NCBI GenBank assembly: GCA_003602415.1
Contig: QQSK01000013.1
Coordinates: forward strand, 10,152-74,151
Direction of reading: 5' to 3'
Source of the DNA: Candidatus Poseidoniales archaeon
GTDB lineage: Archaea > Thermoplasmatota > Poseidoniia > Poseidoniales > Poseidoniaceae
DNA length: 64,000 nucleotides
Position numbers and translations under genes: made by a program
In this document: one piece after another, positions 60,132-64,000 of the stretch
Numbering within the stretch: the first letter of the stretch is position 1
Layout of the letters: each line of letters starts with the position of its first letter
The notes under the pieces: model-generated
Database searches by the model: none
The model's input: only the letters and a program-made list of their open reading frames with translations
Told to the model about the DNA's origin: nothing

Positions 60132-61358
60132 ATGGCGAGTTGCGATGTTCTGGTTATCGGGGCTGGGCCCGGGGGAGGTTCAGCCGCCCTTCATTCAGCA
60201 AGGTCTGGCCTCAGTACAATGATAGTTGAAGCAGACCCGGAGGTAGGGGTGCCGGTTCATTGTGGCGAATGTTTGTCACAGATGGCTATCGATAATCTGG
60301 ATCTAGATTTACCCGAGCACGTTGTAGCCCTTGATTGCAAGGGTATACGGGTAATTTTCCCTGACGGTACTGCAAAACTATTGACGGAGAAAGGATATGT
60401 TTTGGAGAAGCATAAGTTCGAACAATGGTTGTGTGATGAAGCTGTAAATCAAGGTGCAAGTTTGCACTTATCACACAAGGTTACTTCTATGGAAAGAATT
60501 TACAATAGCGAAAATCAATTTGTCAATTGGAAAATAGACGGTAAAGGAAATGAATTTCCAATTGAATGTAAAGCGGTTATTGACGCTTCTGGAGTCACAG
60601 GAGCAGCCACAAAATTACTCGATATGGGTACTGAAGTAGAAGTGATTGCAGGGTTCCAATATGAAATGACGGATGTTGAAAATGACGGTTATCTGGACTT
60701 TTATTTGTGGCCAGAATATTCACCTCATGGATATGTATGGATGATACCTAAGAAAGGTGAAAGAGCGAATGTTGGTTTGGTGACAACCGACAAAAAAGGA
60801 GCGATAAAATATCTCGACAAATTTGTTGAAGATACTTACCTGAAAGGCAAGGGAATCCAGAACCCAGAATGGCGAAAGCCTGGAGTCAAACCAAGACCAT
60901 TTGGAGGGACTATTCCAATTTCAGGGCCTCGTGAAATCACAACGGGAGATGGACTAATTCTTGTTGGTGACGCTGCTGGCTTTACTTCTCCATTATTCGA
61001 AGGAGGCTCTCATCTGGCATTGTGGTCTGGAAGACAAGCCGCATTGACAATTGCTGCTGCAATCGAAGAAGGCGACTTATCCGATTCTAGAATGCAAAGT
61101 TATGTCAAAGCCTGGAAGAAACGATTCCCTCCTTACCACAAAATACTGAAGGGCAAAACATCGCTTTATGATTTGAGCGATCAGGAGTTGTCAAACATGG
61201 CACATTGTCTTCCAGAAGAGCTAGGCTCCATGTCTGTGCTCGATAAGATTTGGATTGGCCTGAAAATTTTGGTTAAACATCCATTCCTCTACACCAAAGG
61301 CGTGATTAGTGTACTACTTTCATTCGGTTACTCAAGGGCTAAGCATTTCGGTTGGTGA
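60132..61358 (+). CDS. Geranylgeranyl reductase (FAD-dependent digeranylgeranylglycerophospholipid reductase family)
   Basis: It has the FAD motif CDVLVIGAGPGGGSAA and the GD motif GDAAGF. Its 408-aa length is typical of archaeal GGR. Confidence 0.7.
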   Translation: MASCDVLVIGAGPGGGSAALHSARSGLSTMIVEADPEVGVPVHCGECLSQMAIDNLDLDLPEHVVALDCKGIRVIFPDGTAKLLTEKGYVLEKHKFEQWLCDEAVNQGASLHLSHKVTSMERIYNSENQFVNWKIDGKGNEFPIECKAVIDASGVTGAATKLLDMGTEVEVIAGFQYEMTDVENDGYLDFYLWPEYSPHGYVWMIPKKGERANVGLVTTDKKGAIKYLDKFVEDTYLKGKGIQNPEWRKPGVKPRPFGGTIPISGPREITTGDGLILVGDAAGFTSPLFEGGSHLALWSGRQAALTIAAAIEEGDLSDSRMQSYVKAWKKRFPPYHKILKGKTSLYDLSDQELSNMAHCLPEELGSMSVLDKIWIGLKILVKHPFLYTKGVISVLLSFGYSRAKHFGW

Positions 61359-61362
61359 ATTA

Positions 61363-63669
61363 ATGGAATCTTTGTTGATGCCATTGGCTGTTTTTGTTGC
61401 AGCATGGGTCACATTCCGTCCGGATGCTAGATTCACATGGATTCTAGCATTACCATTCTTAGTTCTTGCAATGATGTTTACAATGAATTATGATTCGATT
61501 CATTTGGTTGCTTGGTATGGAGGAGAAGAATTACCTCTAAGATACAGGTTTGCAGCAACTTGGGCAGCAAGAGAAGGTCCAATTTTACTCTGGGTAGCAT
61601 GGATGGCATTGTTGTCAATTATTTGGAGAAAACCACTGCAAGAAGAATCTCCAGATGCTCATTTATTCAGATTAAGACTGATGAACGGGTTTGCACTAAC
61701 CTTGCTGTTAGTAGCTTGGATATTGCAGCCCTTCAAAGCAGCAGAAGGTAGAGGTCCTGGGCTCAATGAGTTATTACAGACCGACTTGATGGTCATTCAT
61801 CCTCCCCTAATTTTCCTTGCATACTCACTTTGTCTGACTCTGACTTTTATTGCAATTTCTTCAATTTTCACAAATTTTGATGGAATCAAGAAACGTTTGA
61901 TACAAGTCGCAAGACCTGCATTCTTCTTCTCAACATTAGGTATCGGATTAGGTGGTCTATGGGCGTATTTGATACTGGATTGGGGGGGATATTGGGCTTG
62001 GGACCCAGTTGAAACCGGCTCACTGCTACCATGGATCTGCTTAGTGATGTTACTACATCTCCGAACTAGGCCTGGCAAAACCTCAGACCATATGTGGGCT
62101 GGAGTTGCAATGGCATGCGGTGCCCTTGCATTATTCGCCACGATGGTTACTAGAGCAGGTGGTGTATGGGCGGTTAGCGTCCATACATTCGTAGTAAATT
62201 CAGCAGGAACACCTCCAAATGATGTATTTGGGAGGATGATGGTCATACTTTCAGATATCAGCGGGATAGAAGTGATGGTTTATCTGCTCGGAATTATTCA
62301 ACTAATCGGAATTTTCCTTGCATCCAGACTTGGTTTTGAGTTCTCAAAATATTGGTTATTTTTACTTCCAATAACTGCAGTATTAGGGGTTATTGGAGGA
62401 GGAGATGTCTTGGATGGTATCCCTCCAACCTTGTTGGTGGTTATCGCTTTAGGTCCATTTGTAGAATCGGGGATCAAGTCATTGCCCGAGGGTCATGATT
62501 GGATTTGGTTTGCTATTCCTGCAGTAATGGTTGCTCTCAGATTTATACACGGTATGGTATTGTTTGAATTGCTATCTTTGCTCTTCGCCTTTGGATTAAT
62601 TTTCGAAGAAGACAGATTCAAAGCATGGGGTTGGGCTACAGCAGGAATTACATTGTTCCTTGCAGCATCTTGGTCTGGAATGTTAGATATTTGGATATGC
62701 GCAATCGGCATGTTAGCTTTCATCTCTCCGTGGTTCTTTGTCGAAGAATCAGAAGATAGCAAATTTTCATTCAAAGAGAGAAAGTTTCAGCAAAGAATTG
62801 CTCTATGGACTCCGGTTGTAGCTGTCGGATTGTATCTAATTCTGACTCTTGTAATCTTAATGTCAAGTATAGATTCAATTCAATTTGCAGCGCATGAATT
62901 GTATGGCGCCCCATTCCTAGCAGCGATGATGTTTGGTTTAGTCATGTGGAGCATGCGTAAGAACCCAACTAGGGTATTCTACCTGATGTTGTCTTTGCCA
63001 CTTATTCTGATATTTGCTTGGCTCTTTGGTAATTCATTAGGATATGATTCGACAGATATTCTGGGTGCTTCATTGAGCCGAGGACAAATAGGCATGGTAG
63101 TTTTAATTCCAGCCCTATTGGCTTTACCTGCAACGATTTCTTTGGTGAAAGAAAATACAGGAAAGAATCAGATTTCGATGTTGGCTCACCTGATACACTT
63201 AGGGTTGGTATTGATGATTATCGGGCATGTCATGAGTACGACAATCATCGACAGAGGGACATTTTCTCACAGTGTAACTCTGATTAAAGATGAGAAGGTC
63301 GAATGGGAAGGTTATGAATTTGAATTTGTTGAAGTAGTGACCGAAACAGATGATCTGGAAGTCGGTGATGGCTATCTTGGTGCCGTAATCAATGTGTATG
63401 AAGATGGTGAGTTAATCGAAACCGTTGAACCAGGTGTGATTAGGTTCGATACTCGTTCACGCTCAGAAGTCGACAGAGTCAGTATGTGGCATGGAGATTT
63501 GGTTTTGATTATGGATGGCACTCAAGCCCGCTCTTTGATGGAGGGTAGTGATTTGGTTAGAATCATGGTTTACGATTTGCCAGGAATACATCTAGTGTGG
63601 GGTGGTTGGACTCTCATGTTATTGTCTAGTTTGTCAATTTGGATTAACCGTGGAGACCCAACTGATTGA
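61363..63669 (+). CDS. Cytochrome c-type biogenesis / heme-handling protein of the CcmF/CcsA family
   Basis: It is a polytopic membrane protein with the Trp-rich WWD signature WGGYWAWDPVE. The ORF track's start at 61309 overlaps GGR, so Met 61363 is preferred. Confidence 0.55.
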   Translation: MESLLMPLAVFVAAWVTFRPDARFTWILALPFLVLAMMFTMNYDSIHLVAWYGGEELPLRYRFAATWAAREGPILLWVAWMALLSIIWRKPLQEESPDAHLFRLRLMNGFALTLLLVAWILQPFKAAEGRGPGLNELLQTDLMVIHPPLIFLAYSLCLTLTFIAISSIFTNFDGIKKRLIQVARPAFFFSTLGIGLGGLWAYLILDWGGYWAWDPVETGSLLPWICLVMLLHLRTRPGKTSDHMWAGVAMACGALALFATMVTRAGGVWAVSVHTFVVNSAGTPPNDVFGRMMVILSDISGIEVMVYLLGIIQLIGIFLASRLGFEFSKYWLFLLPITAVLGVIGGGDVLDGIPPTLLVVIALGPFVESGIKSLPEGHDWIWFAIPAVMVALRFIHGMVLFELLSLLFAFGLIFEEDRFKAWGWATAGITLFLAASWSGMLDIWICAIGMLAFISPWFFVEESEDSKFSFKERKFQQRIALWTPVVAVGLYLILTLVILMSSIDSIQFAAHELYGAPFLAAMMFGLVMWSMRKNPTRVFYLMLSLPLILIFAWLFGNSLGYDSTDILGASLSRGQIGMVVLIPALLALPATISLVKENTGKNQISMLAHLIHLGLVLMIIGHVMSTTIIDRGTFSHSVTLIKDEKVEWEGYEFEFVEVVTETDDLEVGDGYLGAVINVYEDGELIETVEPGVIRFDTRSRSEVDRVSMWHGDLVLIMDGTQARSLMEGSDLVRIMVYDLPGIHLVWGGWTLMLLSSLSIWINRGDPTD

Positions 63670-63694
63670 AATAGGGACGGTTGGTCGCCGAATT

Positions 63695-63709
63695 GCCCCC
63701 GTAGGGGGC
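63695..63709. promoter_or_regulatory. GC-clamp triloop hairpin GCCCCC-GTA-GGGGGC upstream of the FKBP gene
   Basis: It has a 6-bp stem. It lies 16 nt upstream of ATG 63725 and 26 nt after the CcmF-like stop. Confidence 0.3.
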
Positions 63710-63724
63710 GATAGGTGAAATACC

Positions 63725-64000
63725 ATGGAAGAAGGAACAATTGTCCATGTCGAATATGATTTGTATAACGCAGATTCAGGCGATTTGATTGAAACTACTA
63801 GAGAAGACGTCGCAAAGGAGCATGATATGCACCAAGAGGGTCGCAGTTACACTCCTTTGGTTTGTGTTGTAGGTGCTGGAAACTTAATTTCAGGATTTGA
63901 AGCAAGCCTTTTGGAAGCTAAAGCTGACAAGGATATTTCCCTAGAAATTGCACCTGCTGATGCATATGGTGAGAAAGACCCTGACCAAATCGAGACAATT
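63725..64000 (+). CDS. FKBP-type peptidyl-prolyl cis-trans isomerase (SlyD-like), 3'-truncated at the window edge
   Basis: The ATG at 63725 opens MEEGTIVHVEYDLYNADSGDLIETT...LISGFEASLLEAKADKDISLEIAPADAYGEKDPDQ, which resembles SlyD/FKBP. It is absent from the ORF track because there is no stop codon within the window. Confidence 0.55.
   Translation, partial: MEEGTIVHVEYDLYNADSGDLIETTREDVAKEHDMHQEGRSYTPLVCVVGAGNLISGFEASLLEAKADKDISLEIAPADAYGEKDPDQIETI

Noticed and set aside
320-62774. The many short ORFs of 60-160 aa in the six-frame track that lie antisense to or inside long well-supported genes, for example 320-607, 5499-6260, 13149-13460, 24361-24570, 37872-38135 and 61797-62246.
   Set aside because: They are fully embedded in long conserved CDSs on the opposite strand or another frame. 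They have low-complexity, Ser/Pro/Thr-biased composition typical of spurious antisense ORFs, and no motifs.
1-64000. Looked for CRISPR arrays, tandem DNA repeats, rRNA and tRNA genes in all intergenic gaps longer than 70 nt (15227-15363, 23003-23156, 23421-23558, 35344-35439, 51301-51378).
   Set aside because: No regularly spaced direct repeats were seen. The gaps lack tRNA-like acceptor or T-arm structure and look like promoter or terminator regions.
1-64000. Looked for a mobile element, prophage or integrated island.
   Set aside because: There is no integrase, transposase, terminal inverted repeat or phage structural gene. Gene content is chromosomal housekeeping plus surface proteins.

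Overview
The 64 kb window is a gene-dense chromosomal segment that looks archaeal. Archaeal markers include chromatin protein MC1, the Holliday-junction resolvase Hjc, a DacZ-type diadenylate cyclase, Cdc48, geranylgeranyl reductase, deoxyhypusine synthase, an NcsA/TtuA-type tRNA thiolase and a Sec11-type signal peptidase. GC content is moderate. Gene content is consistent with a marine Thermoplasmatota/Euryarchaeota heterotroph, but that lineage is my inference. I see no rRNA, tRNA, CRISPR array, integrase or transposase, so there is no evidence of a mobile element. Housekeeping genes include sdhCAB, aldehyde dehydrogenase, SerRS, UvrB, an Lhr helicase, FolC, dCMP deaminase, a site-2 protease, an M28 peptidase, a UbiD/UbiA/GGR isoprenoid cluster and a CcmF-like heme-handling protein. 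There are also three giant secreted or membrane-anchored surface proteins, one truncated at the 5' window edge. Several items deserve a second look: (i) an operon of a roadblock/LC7 protein with a 1044-aa roadblock plus coiled-coil protein, with no adjacent GTPase; (ii) a co-directional Cdc48, PRC-barrel, DUF4350, DUF58 and membrane-protein gene string that looks like a MoxR/Bat module with no MoxR; (iii) a Macro-domain and DacZ gene pair; (iv) a presenilin/SPP-like intramembrane protease with a large ectodomain; (v) a recurring GC-clamp triloop hairpin motif just upstream of several start codons; and (vi) acidic Trp/Glu-rich C-terminal tails shared by the giant surface proteins and the cytoplasmic coiled-coil protein. 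All calls come from reading the translated ORFs and motifs by eye. No database search was run.
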